Virus record (IMG/VR): IMGVR_UViG_3300048599_000097
Location: 1-64,000 of that record
DNA: 64,000 bases
Strand: one strand, 5' to 3'
Origin: a virus
Each line of letters starts with the position of its first letter. The first letter of the stretch is position 1. The position numbers and the translations under genes are program-made. The notes below the pieces were generated by a model, which saw only the letters and a list, made by a program, of their open reading frames with translations, was not told the origin of the DNA and did no database searches. Below, in pieces: positions 8,630 through 17,532 of this stretch.

Positions 8630-8640
8630 TACAGCGTTCC

Positions 8641-8688
8641 TATGAGGGGTGTTGACAAAATCATACAGTAGTGTATCCTTTTGTATAC
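8641..8688 (+). promoter_or_regulatory. promoter family member upstream of portal (near-duplicate of 17518-17566)
   Basis: TATGAGGGGTG-TTGACA 8652-8657, 16-nt spacer ending in TG, TATCCT 8674-8679, then TTGTATAC. Confidence 0.6.
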
Positions 8689-8689
8689 A

Positions 8690-10123
8690 ATGCCAGAAAC
8701 AGAAGTCAAGCGGGGTCGTGGACGACCTCCTAAAGCTAAAATAGATCCCGTTGTAGAAAGCACCCCCCATGCTGATGAAGCCTTGTTTGATAGCTCTTAT
8801 TGGTCGAACATGGCCACAGGTCTTGGTCAGAGACAGGACAAGACTGCATGGACTCATTACGGCAACGCTACTATCCTAGATGATTCTGAACTCACCCAGC
8901 TTTGTCTTGGTGATGGTCTTGCTTCTCGTATAGTCAATTCTATCCCCCAAGACGCTACCCGTGAAGGTATCTGGATAGAGGATGAAACCACCAGAAAGAA
9001 AATGGATAGGGAATTCGAGCGTCTTGGTGTAGAGGAAGCTCTTTTCACAGCCCTCTCTTTCCAGCGTCAGTATCGTGGCTCCCTGATTATTATAGGCGCT
9101 ATGGATGGTCGGACTGTAGACCAACCTCTTAACGAGAAAGCAGTTCGTACTGTTGAATTCCTTAAGCCCATTGATGCGACCTGTGTAGACCTTCAGGATT
9201 CTGACTGGGATATGGATCCTATGTCCCCTACCTTTGGCAAGATTATCCGTTATTCTGTTCAGTACTACATTAAAGACACCTATGTACGCTATAAGATACA
9301 CTATACAAGGGTGCTTGAGTTCAAGAATGACCCTGCCCCTACTTGTAACTATGCAGGACTTCTCCAGACTAATAAGTATTGGGGGCTTTCCAGCCTTCAG
9401 GCTATTTATACCTCCTTATCTGCTCTAGGCTCCATTACTCAGAGTACTGTCAACATTATTCTGGACTTCGTTTCTGGTACATACAAATTCAAAAACCTTG
9501 CCTCCCTCCTTGCTGCAGGTGGAGAAACGTCCCTTGCTAAACGCCTTCAGGCTATACAGCTCTCCACCTCAGTCCTTAATGCTCGTGTCATCGACAGTGA
9601 AGAAACATTCTCGAAAGAGTATGCAACCGTCACTGGTATAGATGCACTTATTGACCGATACATGCTTATGCTCTCTGGCTCCACAGGAATCCCTGTAACG
9701 AGGTTGTTTGGTCGTGCTCCCTCTGGACTCAATGCAACAGGTGAAGCTGATTATAATAATTACCTTGACATTGTGCAGTCTTTCCAGAAGAATCGACTCA
9801 AGCCACAAGTTCGTAGACTCCTCACTATCCTCTGCTATGCAAACAAGCTGAATCCTGATGTAGACTTTGAGTTTAATGCTCTTTATCAGATGTCTGAGAT
9901 AGAGAAGGCTAACCTTGCTAAGACTGAAGCCGATACTCAGGCAGTTCTTGTTGACACTAATCTCAGACTTTGTGAGGCTGGTGTCAGGGACTATGAAGCC
10001 TATAGTAAGGAACTTGGTTATGGTGGCGAGTATACAGAGATAGAACCAGACACATCCCCTACTGAACCTCCTGCTGCTACTGAAGGCAAGATGCTTACAG
10101 AAGATGATCTAAAGGCTAAATAA
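8690..10123 (+). CDS. portal protein
   Basis: About 477 aa, positioned after terL, with a portal-like central region. ATG 8690 has no SD and lies about 11 nt after the -10 hexamer, so the mRNA may be leaderless. Confidence 0.8.
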   Translation: MPETEVKRGRGRPPKAKIDPVVESTPHADEALFDSSYWSNMATGLGQRQDKTAWTHYGNATILDDSELTQLCLGDGLASRIVNSIPQDATREGIWIEDETTRKKMDREFERLGVEEALFTALSFQRQYRGSLIIIGAMDGRTVDQPLNEKAVRTVEFLKPIDATCVDLQDSDWDMDPMSPTFGKIIRYSVQYYIKDTYVRYKIHYTRVLEFKNDPAPTCNYAGLLQTNKYWGLSSLQAIYTSLSALGSITQSTVNIILDFVSGTYKFKNLASLLAAGGETSLAKRLQAIQLSTSVLNARVIDSEETFSKEYATVTGIDALIDRYMLMLSGSTGIPVTRLFGRAPSGLNATGEADYNNYLDIVQSFQKNRLKPQVRRLLTILCYANKLNPDVDFEFNALYQMSEIEKANLAKTEADTQAVLVDTNLRLCEAGVRDYEAYSKELGYGGEYTEIEPDTSPTEPPAATEGKMLTEDDLKAK

Positions 10124-11082
10124 TGACCGCCTTTGAGAATAATTTCAAAACATTACTTAAACTCTATCGTTCTGGTATGACTAAAGCACAGCGTACTAGA
10201 ACAAGGCATAGACGCCCTAAGGCACCAACATATCCTTTGGCTATAGAACGTGAGTATGCTAAGTATATATCTAATACAGTCAATAGAACAGCAGATAGTG
10301 CTATAGAATTACTTCGACCATTCCTTATGAAATATACTCCTGCCCATACTGACTCTGTAGATTCAGAACTCGATGATATTATGAGTAAGTTAGAGGAAGA
10401 ACTGGGTGTAATTTATGGCACAAACGCTCTCTCCTCTGGGATGTTGTTTAGGACTCTTGAATCTATAGCAGAACAGATCCTTGGTAAGAATTCAGCATTT
10501 ATGCAAGCAGAAATCAAGATAGTCTCTGGACATGAAATGCAACTGGACTATTCTTGGTGGCCTGAGACTAAGGCTTTATGGGAACAGGAAAACTATAAAC
10601 TCATCACTGGATTAAATGAAGAGTATATTAAGAAATTAAACAGTGTTGTTATCAATGGTGTCCAGAACGGAACTCCTTTTGAGACTTTAGTAGACCAGAT
10701 AAAAGCTGTAAATGATAATATGTCAGATGCTAGAGCTAGACTTATTGCTAGAGACCAGACGGGAAAGTTACAGGGACTTATTTCTAAAGCGCAGCAGACC
10801 TCTATCGGGATGACTGCATACTATTTCATGACAGCACATGATGAGAAAACGCGTGGTAATCCTCGTGGTAAATATCCTAGAGCAATTTCACATTGGGCTT
10901 TAGATGGAATGCTTTGTGCTTGGAGTAATAACAGTGTTTACTCTGATGATTTAGGTGTTACTTGGAAGCAGAGACCGTCTTCATGGATTCATTTGGCACC
11001 GGGAATGGATATACAGTGCCGATGCACCGCCGCAAGCTCATGGTCGTCCTACTTACAAGATATTGACAGGGGGTTGGCATGA
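10123..11082 (+). CDS. head morphogenesis / minor head protein (SPP1 gp7 / Mu F-like)
   Basis: ATG overlaps the portal stop. 319 aa, positioned after portal. The ARLIARDQTGK and C-terminal CRC region are typical of this family (from memory). Confidence 0.65.
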   Translation: MTAFENNFKTLLKLYRSGMTKAQRTRTRHRRPKAPTYPLAIEREYAKYISNTVNRTADSAIELLRPFLMKYTPAHTDSVDSELDDIMSKLEEELGVIYGTNALSSGMLFRTLESIAEQILGKNSAFMQAEIKIVSGHEMQLDYSWWPETKALWEQENYKLITGLNEEYIKKLNSVVINGVQNGTPFETLVDQIKAVNDNMSDARARLIARDQTGKLQGLISKAQQTSIGMTAYYFMTAHDEKTRGNPRGKYPRAISHWALDGMLCAWSNNSVYSDDLGVTWKQRPSSWIHLAPGMDIQCRCTAASSWSSYLQDIDRGLA

Positions 11083-11240
11083 TTTGTCCTCCAGAATTAC
11101 TTCAAGCTATAAAAGAAGCTATAGAGCATATTGATTATGGTTCTGTAGAGATTACTTTGAACTCCAAGGGCAACTGGTTCGAGATCATTACAAAAGAGAA
11201 GCGTCGTCTGGATAAGGACGATATTCATTTTGACGTATGA
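11079..11240 (+). CDS. small protein, YezD/DUF2292-like (53 aa)
   Basis: ATGA overlap. The sequence IDYGSVEITLNSKGNWFEIITKEKRR resembles the YezD family pattern. Not in the ORF track because it is too short. Confidence 0.45.
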   Translation: MICPPELLQAIKEAIEHIDYGSVEITLNSKGNWFEIITKEKRRLDKDDIHFDV

Positions 11241-11284
11241 GGGGTGTTGACAAAAGTATACACAACTGTATGATTTAGTATACA
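11236..11284 (+). promoter_or_regulatory. promoter family member
   Basis: TATGAGGGGTG-TTGACA 11247-11252, 16-nt spacer ending in TG, TATGAT 11269-11274, then TAGTATAC. Confidence 0.65.
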
Positions 11285-11298
11285 CTTTGGAGGACATT

Positions 11299-11352
11299 AT
11301 GCCTTGCGGAACTAAGAAGAAACCAAAGAAGACAGGAACCATTAAGAAATGA
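11299..11352 (+). CDS. 17-aa basic upstream ORF (MPCGTKKKPKKTGTIKK)
   Basis: It carries the only good SD (GGAGG) in this leader. Its stop overlaps the ATG of the protease/scaffold gene (AATGA). Confidence 0.3.
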   Translation: MPCGTKKKPKKTGTIKK

Positions 11353-12539
11353 GAGTAACTAGATATGATACAGCCAAAGGCGATGCTCTTACTTTCCCCG
11401 CCAAGTTTAATGAGGACGGGACTGTAGAAGCTCGTTCTATTATTACTTCGATTGGTGTGTTTCCTTATAAGCTCCCTAATGGAACCATCCGACATGAGCT
11501 TCGCACTCCAGAGGAAGTCTTTTCTAAAGTAAGCCTTGATTCTATGTCTAATATGCCTATCTATGTTGGTCATCAGTATGATTCTAATAAGAAACTGATT
11601 AAAGATGAAGTAAAACGAAAAGAACTTGCAGTGGGCTTCACCTCTGATTCTGTTGTAGGAAATAATGTTTATGTTGCTACTGACCTTAAAGTAACGCGTG
11701 CTGATGGTGTAGAAGCCATTAAACGAGGTATGCAGTCCCTTAGTGTAGGTTATGACTGCGAAGTAATTCCTGAGTCTGGTACTTGGTGTGGGATTCATTA
11801 TGATGCTAAACAGGTGAATATAGTCAACGACCATCTCGCTCTGGTGTGGTGCGGTCGTCAAGGCGATCAAGCTGTGATTCATATGGATAGTGAAGATGCA
11901 ATACTTGTTGATGATGCCGCAGTAGTGGCGGCTGAAGATAAAAACTCTAAGGAGAAGGAAATGGCTAATAAGAGAACCATTCAGCTCGATTCTGTTGACT
12001 ATGAAGCAGATGAAGCTGTAATTGATGCTCTCAAGAAAGTAGAAGCCAGAGCCGACTCGCTTGATGGAGAGCTGAAAGCCGCTGGTGTGGACAAGTCCAA
12101 ACTTGAGGCAGAACGCGATTCTTATAAGGCGAAATTCGACGCTGCTGAACTTGAACTTGAGAACATGAAGAAAGCCCATCTCGATGAATCTGCTATCAAT
12201 GCTCGTGTAGCACAGCGGATCGTTCTGGTGGAGACTGCTAAGAAAGCTGGTGTGGAAGTTAAGGGTGACGAGGCTGACGTTGATCTCAAGAAGGCTGTCA
12301 TTGCTAAGGTCTATGCCGATGTGAAGCTGGAAGGCAAGAACGAGAGCTATATTGATGCTCGTTTTGATTGTGCAGTAGAGGATCTTCCGAAGATGCTCAC
12401 TGCTGGTGCAGATGCTACCGTCCGTGCAGTTGCGGCTCCCGTTGTTAAAGCTGATAGTGCTGATGCAAATCTCGCTGAGGCGGCTCGTCAGCGTATGATC
12501 GATAACCTTTTGAATAAGGGTAAAAAGGAGGGCAAATAA
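11349..12539 (+). CDS. prohead protease/scaffold-like protein (DUF2213-like N-terminus, coiled-coil C-terminus)
   Basis: Lies between the head morphogenesis and capsid genes. The N-terminal 170 aa resemble DUF2213 (from memory). The C-terminal half is A/E/K-rich coiled coil. Confidence 0.55.
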   Translation: MRVTRYDTAKGDALTFPAKFNEDGTVEARSIITSIGVFPYKLPNGTIRHELRTPEEVFSKVSLDSMSNMPIYVGHQYDSNKKLIKDEVKRKELAVGFTSDSVVGNNVYVATDLKVTRADGVEAIKRGMQSLSVGYDCEVIPESGTWCGIHYDAKQVNIVNDHLALVWCGRQGDQAVIHMDSEDAILVDDAAVVAAEDKNSKEKEMANKRTIQLDSVDYEADEAVIDALKKVEARADSLDGELKAAGVDKSKLEAERDSYKAKFDAAELELENMKKAHLDESAINARVAQRIVLVETAKKAGVEVKGDEADVDLKKAVIAKVYADVKLEGKNESYIDARFDCAVEDLPKMLTAGADATVRAVAAPVVKADSADANLAEAARQRMIDNLLNKGKKEGK

Positions 12540-13282
12540 TGGGTGCTTATGGTAATCCTGATGCCGCTATTGCTGGTATGATTGTTGGTGTTCCCAATGC
12601 CGTGGAATCTGCAATCGCCAAAGAAGATATTGCTTACGGTTCTCCGGTTTACGGGCCGGTAGGAGTAGAGAACGTGGCTTATGGCCCTCACAAGGATAAA
12701 GCAACCACTCTTCTGAGTGCTGACCTTGTTACCTCTAACGTAATCACCACCGTCATCAATAGCATTTCGGTTGCATCTACATTTGCTACTGACCATGCTA
12801 CGACTATGACTGCCCATATTGCGGCTATCAATGCTAAGGCAGAGCTTGTTGCCCTTGGTATCACTGCTGTTGCTGGCGCTACTAACCGTGGAATCGTGAT
12901 TTCTGCTCCTGCAGGACTCGATCTTGTTGTTACTCAGGCTGTGACGCTTGGTGGCTCTCAGGCTACTGCGACCATCACCTACGGAACCAATCTTAAGTTC
13001 CTTGGTGCTGCTGCGTTTGTTCAGAACGGCGGTAAGGATTGGGGTGCTGGTACTGCTAAGTGGAAGATCGGTATGTCAGTCAACATTGTTGCTGATGGTA
13101 CTCTGTGGGTTCCTGTCGAGTCCACTGTTGGTGACAAGGATCCTGCTTACGCTGTTATCGGTGGAACGGGTACTCTTGGTAAGTTTAATGATGTTTCTAC
13201 CAATAACTACGACATTGGTAGCTTCTTTCGCTCGAACGTAAACAATGGCCTTGCGATCCTCGAAGTTCGCGGTCTTAAATAA
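12539..13282 (+). CDS. head structural protein (decoration or cement candidate)
   Basis: ATG overlaps the upstream stop. 247 aa, rich in A/G/V/T, immediately before the capsid gene. Confidence 0.45.
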   Translation: MGAYGNPDAAIAGMIVGVPNAVESAIAKEDIAYGSPVYGPVGVENVAYGPHKDKATTLLSADLVTSNVITTVINSISVASTFATDHATTMTAHIAAINAKAELVALGITAVAGATNRGIVISAPAGLDLVVTQAVTLGGSQATATITYGTNLKFLGAAAFVQNGGKDWGAGTAKWKIGMSVNIVADGTLWVPVESTVGDKDPAYAVIGGTGTLGKFNDVSTNNYDIGSFFRSNVNNGLAILEVRGLK

Positions 13283-13293
13283 GGAGGTAGAAA

Positions 13294-14244
13294 ATGGCTG
13301 ATGACATGATGCACCTTGATTCCGGCGAGTCTATTTTCTTTACCCGTGAACTTGAACGGATTCGCCCTAAGACGTATGATATCAAGTATGATGATGCCAA
13401 CAAGATGCTGGCAACGCTTCCCATCGACATGAGTGGTGATGAGCTTGATATTGATATCACCCATCGTTCCTATGGTCGTGTTGGTATTGCTAAGATGGGT
13501 GGTGGTGACTATGCTACTGACTTCCCGTCTGTCGATATCTTCGCTACCGAGACGACTGTTAAGGTCTACCCGATTCAGGTGTCTTATCGGTACAACCAGC
13601 TTGAGATTGCTCGTGCTGCCAAGCTGGATAAGCCGCTTGAGTCGCTTCGTGCTGCAGCTGCTCGTAAAGCAATCGACAAGAAGGCTAACGATGTTGCCGC
13701 TCTTGGAGACCCCGTAACCGGTGCTAAGGGCTTCTTCAATGCGGCAGGTGTTTCTGAGTATACTGTTCCTGATGGAGCTGCCTCATCTCAGAAGTGGGAC
13801 ACTAAGACCTCGGACGAAATCCTCAAGGATCTCTTTGGTATCAGCAATGCTATCATCCAGTCCACTAAGGGAATTGAGATTCCAGACACCATCGCTCTTC
13901 CGCTTTCAAGCTATCAGCTCATCGAGCAGAAGCGTCTCTCCAGCGAGAATGACAAGACCGTCCTCCAGTACTTCCTTGAGACCAGCAAGAACATCACCAA
14001 TGTTATCTGGTTCAACGAGCTTGAGACGATCACTACTTCTCTTGGACTGACTGGCTACGATTCGACCAAAGGTTTCTACTGCTGGAAGAACGACAGTGAC
14101 CACCTGTGGTACGATATGCCTCTTCCATTTAAGCAGGGTGAGGTTATGCGTGACGGTCTCGCTTACGTAATTCCTTGTTATGCACGAGTGGGCGGCGTTT
14201 TTATCGCATACCCCCTGAGTGTGCAGCGCGGATTCGGAATTTGA
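13294..14244 (+). CDS. major capsid protein
   Basis: AAGGAGG SD. 316 aa, highest GC and strongest codon bias. The N-terminus LDSGESIFFTRELERIRPKTYDIKY resembles the DUF2184-type capsid family (from memory). Confidence 0.7.
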   Translation: MADDMMHLDSGESIFFTRELERIRPKTYDIKYDDANKMLATLPIDMSGDELDIDITHRSYGRVGIAKMGGGDYATDFPSVDIFATETTVKVYPIQVSYRYNQLEIARAAKLDKPLESLRAAAARKAIDKKANDVAALGDPVTGAKGFFNAAGVSEYTVPDGAASSQKWDTKTSDEILKDLFGISNAIIQSTKGIEIPDTIALPLSSYQLIEQKRLSSENDKTVLQYFLETSKNITNVIWFNELETITTSLGLTGYDSTKGFYCWKNDSDHLWYDMPLPFKQGEVMRDGLAYVIPCYARVGGVFIAYPLSVQRGFGI

Positions 14245-14261
14245 TCTAACCTAAGTATGAG

Positions 14262-14297
14262 GGGTATTGTCTTTCGGGGCAATACCCTTTATTTTTA
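14262..14297 (+). terminator. rho-independent terminator after the capsid gene
   Basis: GGGTATTG (14262-14269) / CAATACCC (14280-14287) followed by TTTATTTTTA. Confidence 0.7.
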
Positions 14298-14319
14298 TCC
14301 AATCATAAAGGAGATACCT

Positions 14320-14820
14320 ATGATTATTACTTCTAAAAGCGACGGATGCATTAATGTACCTTGTGCTACATTGCCTAACACGTATGTAACGATTGTTCCG
14401 GGCACTAGCGAAATCGATGATGTCCAGTGGGCTGACGCCCGTAAGACTGCTATGCGGTTTATTGAGGGCGATGAGCCCCTCCTTAAAGAGGAATTCTACA
14501 AGGTCGATTACAAGGATATTGTAATCAAGAAGGGAGAGAAACCCGACGGTTCTGATGATGAGCTTATGTATCCTCGTGAGCTTGTGCTTATGTCAGAGAA
14601 TGAGAAAGAAAAGGACAAGCGACTTGTTCCCGCTAAACTAGCCAATATCGACCGTAAGGGTGGAAAGGCTGGAGGTGGGGGTAAGGTGATCGCTCTTGTT
14701 AAAAACACGTTCCATCCTGATACTCTTAGGAATTGGTACGATATTGAAGAGCGACAGGATGTTCGTCTTGAGATCTTCAAGCAGAAAGAGGGTGTCGAAA
14801 AGGGCACCATCAAAGGATAA
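14320..14820 (+). CDS. hypothetical protein
   Basis: AAGGAGA SD before ATG 14320. The upstream part of the track ORF lies within the terminator. Confidence 0.55.
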   Translation: MIITSKSDGCINVPCATLPNTYVTIVPGTSEIDDVQWADARKTAMRFIEGDEPLLKEEFYKVDYKDIVIKKGEKPDGSDDELMYPRELVLMSENEKEKDKRLVPAKLANIDRKGGKAGGGGKVIALVKNTFHPDTLRNWYDIEERQDVRLEIFKQKEGVEKGTIKG

Positions 14821-14824
14821 ATAG

Positions 14825-15202
14825 ATGACCGCCGAGGAAATACTGCAATACGAGTGTCCCGCTCTCTATGCACTTACCGCTACCATGAATTACTATGTAG
14901 CCTCTGCTAGGCTTGAGCTCAGCGCAAGTGCCCTCGGCGGTTTTTACGAAAGGGCTGTAGCTTATCTTGCTGCCCATCGCTACAGCCTTACAGTCCAGAC
15001 TACAGCCGTAGGAGCTGGGGCTGGCAGGATTACTTCTAAGACTGAAGGCAGGCTCTCTGTATCATTTGGTGGTATAGACAGTGCCACTGATGATTATGGG
15101 CTTACTAATTACGGTTTACAGCTTAAAGGCATCATAGACAAATGCGGACTGAAGGCTTCATCTTCGTCTACCTTTGCTGTGAATTGCCTTATGGATAATT
15201 AA
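14825..15202 (+). CDS. head-tail adaptor candidate
   Basis: 125 aa. Assigned from position in the connector gene run and a gp6/DUF4054-like feel (weak). Confidence 0.45.
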   Translation: MTAEEILQYECPALYALTATMNYYVASARLELSASALGGFYERAVAYLAAHRYSLTVQTTAVGAGAGRITSKTEGRLSVSFGGIDSATDDYGLTNYGLQLKGIIDKCGLKASSSSTFAVNCLMDN

Positions 15203-15203
15203 C

Positions 15204-15551
15204 ATGGCACTATTCCCTGAGTGCAGAGAAGCACATAGAGTTTATAGACAGGTTGAAGCGAGTGGCTTTTCTGATGCCACTCTTACTTATGTTGGAACAG
15301 TACAAGGCAGACTTGAGCCAATAGGAGCAAGTGAAGCCTTTTTGAATGAGCAAAATCACCAGAATATATCCCATTATGACTTTTTAGACTTTGTTCATGA
15401 TGGAGTGGTTCATGCAAAAGACTATATATTGGATCCTAGAGACAAGCAATATCAGGTAGTAGGTGAGCCAGAGGTATGGAGAAATCTTATACCTCAGTTG
15501 GTTTTGAAGTTAGAGATACCTCAGACGGAGATAGACATAAGTGGCCTCTAG
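15204..15551 (+). CDS. head-tail joining protein candidate
   Basis: Tightly packed 115-aa gene in the connector run. Confidence 0.45.
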   Translation: MALFPECREAHRVYRQVEASGFSDATLTYVGTVQGRLEPIGASEAFLNEQNHQNISHYDFLDFVHDGVVHAKDYILDPRDKQYQVVGEPEVWRNLIPQLVLKLEIPQTEIDISGL

Positions 15552-16101
15552 CGCAAAGTGGAAGACGACAGGACAGATAACCAAATCAAACTTCTCTGCT
15601 GCTATAGGAATAGGAATCCAAGGTGTACTTAATGATGTCGGCATGAAAGCTGTGACTAATATGCGATCCCTTACAAAGCCTCACGAAGCCACAGGCGAAT
15701 TAACTGATTCCATTATGTATGTCACTCAAGGAAACAAGTCTAATAGAGGTAGTAGAGCAAAAGAGTCTCCCGATATAGATACACCAGCAGATAAGTACAC
15801 AGTCGTTGTTGGATCTGCTGCGGAACATGCTATCTATAGAGAAACAGAGTCAGGTATCCACTTGACAGATGATGGTAGCGACTTGTTTATAGCACGGATG
15901 AAAGAGTGGTATAAGTTACGGTTTCGTGCAGACCCAGATTTGCCAGAGAATAAAAATAGTTTTTATGGGTTGCTGAGTAAGGTAAGAAACACTAAGACTG
16001 TAGGGGTGCCGTTCGTAAAACCCACCAAGGATATGATTGTACCTTATGCAAAAATGCAGTTTCAGAAAGCGATAAACACAGCACTAAAGGCGAAAAAATG
16101 A
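15541..16101 (+). CDS. neck/tail completion protein candidate
   Basis: GTG start overlapping the upstream gene. 186 aa. Confidence 0.45.
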   Translation: MASSAKWKTTGQITKSNFSAAIGIGIQGVLNDVGMKAVTNMRSLTKPHEATGELTDSIMYVTQGNKSNRGSRAKESPDIDTPADKYTVVVGSAAEHAIYRETESGIHLTDDGSDLFIARMKEWYKLRFRADPDLPENKNSFYGLLSKVRNTKTVGVPFVKPTKDMIVPYAKMQFQKAINTALKAKK

Positions 16102-16511
16102 TAGAAGCAGATATAATCAGCATATTACAAGGCAACACAGCACTCACCACCGCTCTTGGTGGTATCAACAAGATATTCTATATCCAAGCAGGAACAACTG
16201 CTACTATGCCTTGGCTGCTTGTAGAGATAGCCTCTGGAACTCCTCAGAAGATGGGGGCTAGTAGGCAGCAGGTTACAGCTACAGCCCGACTCACACTTGC
16301 CATTGCACATACCAGTGCTGTCAAGGGTAGGCAGATAATGGAATACGCCAAGGACGCTTTGCAGGGATTGCGCGGAGACGCTACAGAGAGTAAGGATCTT
16401 GAGGTTAGGTGCAGTGATGTGACGAGTTATGCAGGAGTAGGGGGTGCTGATATATTCAATCTTACCTGTACCTGTAAGTTTATGGAAGACTGGGTTACGC
16501 AACACATTTAG
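16098..16511 (+). CDS. tail completion/terminator protein candidate
   Basis: ATGA overlap. 137 aa, the last gene before the major tail module. Confidence 0.45.
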   Translation: MIEADIISILQGNTALTTALGGINKIFYIQAGTTATMPWLLVEIASGTPQKMGASRQQVTATARLTLAIAHTSAVKGRQIMEYAKDALQGLRGDATESKDLEVRCSDVTSYAGVGGADIFNLTCTCKFMEDWVTQHI

Positions 16512-16531
16512 TTCATAGATAGGAATATTCG

Positions 16532-16565
16532 GAACCCACTGTAATAGGTGGGTTCTTGCTTTTAT
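16532..16565 (+). terminator. rho-independent terminator
   Basis: GAACCCAC (16532-16539) / GTGGGTTC (16548-16555) followed by TTGCTTTTAT. Confidence 0.7.
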
Positions 16566-16579
16566 GTGGACGAAGGTAC

Positions 16580-16608
16580 TTGACAAATTATTTACGTTGT
16601 GGTAAGGT
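16580..16608 (+). promoter_or_regulatory. sigma70-type promoter for the HNH gene
   Basis: TTGACA 16580-16585, 17-nt spacer, TAAGGT 16603-16608. Confidence 0.5.
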
Positions 16609-16629
16609 GGATAAATTAAGGAGTTGACT

Positions 16630-17532
16630 ATGACAAAGAAATGTACTAAATGCGGAGAAGAAAAAGACATCGATGAATTTGGGCCTAAGAAAACATCTCC
16701 AGATGGGCATACAACTAGGTGCAGGAAATGTCTAGCACAGATAAAAAGAGAATGGGTGCATAGGCCAAAAAAAGAAAAGGAAATCATTCCAGAAGGATTT
16801 CACAAATGTTCAAAGTGCGGGGAAGTGAAAGAGTTAGACAAATTTCATAAACGCACCAAATGCAAAGATGGGTATAGTCATACATGTTTAGAATGTGATA
16901 ATAAATATAACGATAAATGGAGATTGAAAAATAGAGAACAGCATCTTCAAAATAGAAAGAATTGGTATAATGCTAATATAGATAAAGAGCGTGCTAGGAT
17001 GCTTGCTTACCATAAAAAGAATTATGCTAAATTGGCTATTAAATGGAAAGAATGGGTTGCAAATAATAAAGACAAACACAGGATATCTCAGAAAGAATAC
17101 AGAAATAATGTTCTGGCCAAAGACCCAAAATATCGACTAGTTTGGAGATGTAGAGGGAGAATATATGCAGCGCTGAAGAATGGGTATAAATCCGCACATA
17201 CCGCAGAATTGCTTGGTGTATCAATAAATGAGTTCACTTCATATATAACAAATCTGTTTACAGATGGTATGACATGGGAGAAATTTATGAACGGTGAAAT
17301 CGAGCTGGATCACATACGTCCTATAGCATCTTTCGATTTCAATAATCCTATTGCACAATATGTATGTTTTAATTATAGGAATCACCAGCCTTTGTGGAGT
17401 TCTGATAACAGAGCTAAGAGTAGTAAATGGTCTTCTGGCAGCCAGTTGTTATGGAAGAACACAATAGGAGAGGATATAAAACAGGATCTTATTTCTCGTG
17501 GTATAATTGATTCTAGTTATGAGGGGTGTTGA
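16630..17532 (+). CDS. free-standing HNH endonuclease with two N-terminal zinc ribbons
   Basis: AAGGAG SD, ATG 16630. CTKCGEEKDIDEF...DGHTTRCRKC and CSKCGEVKELDKF...CLEC. C-terminal ELDHIRP...NHQPLWSSDNRAKSSK (HNH). The stop TGA sits inside the -35 of the next promoter. Confidence 0.8.
   Translation: MTKKCTKCGEEKDIDEFGPKKTSPDGHTTRCRKCLAQIKREWVHRPKKEKEIIPEGFHKCSKCGEVKELDKFHKRTKCKDGYSHTCLECDNKYNDKWRLKNREQHLQNRKNWYNANIDKERARMLAYHKKNYAKLAIKWKEWVANNKDKHRISQKEYRNNVLAKDPKYRLVWRCRGRIYAALKNGYKSAHTAELLGVSINEFTSYITNLFTDGMTWEKFMNGEIELDHIRPIASFDFNNPIAQYVCFNYRNHQPLWSSDNRAKSSKWSSGSQLLWKNTIGEDIKQDLISRGIIDSSYEGC

Noticed and set aside
11097-12179. 360-aa ORF on the - strand
   Set aside because: It lies antisense to the protease/scaffold gene and to the DUF2292-like gene. 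It is low-complexity and rich in F/I/L/S, has no SD, and lies in a + strand-only block. It is a shadow ORF.
14256-14297. TATGAGGGGTATTGTC as another member of the promoter family
   Set aside because: The -35 is degenerate (TTGTCT) and the sequence forms the stem of the capsid-gene terminator, with no convincing -10. It is probably a terminator that shares the motif by descent.
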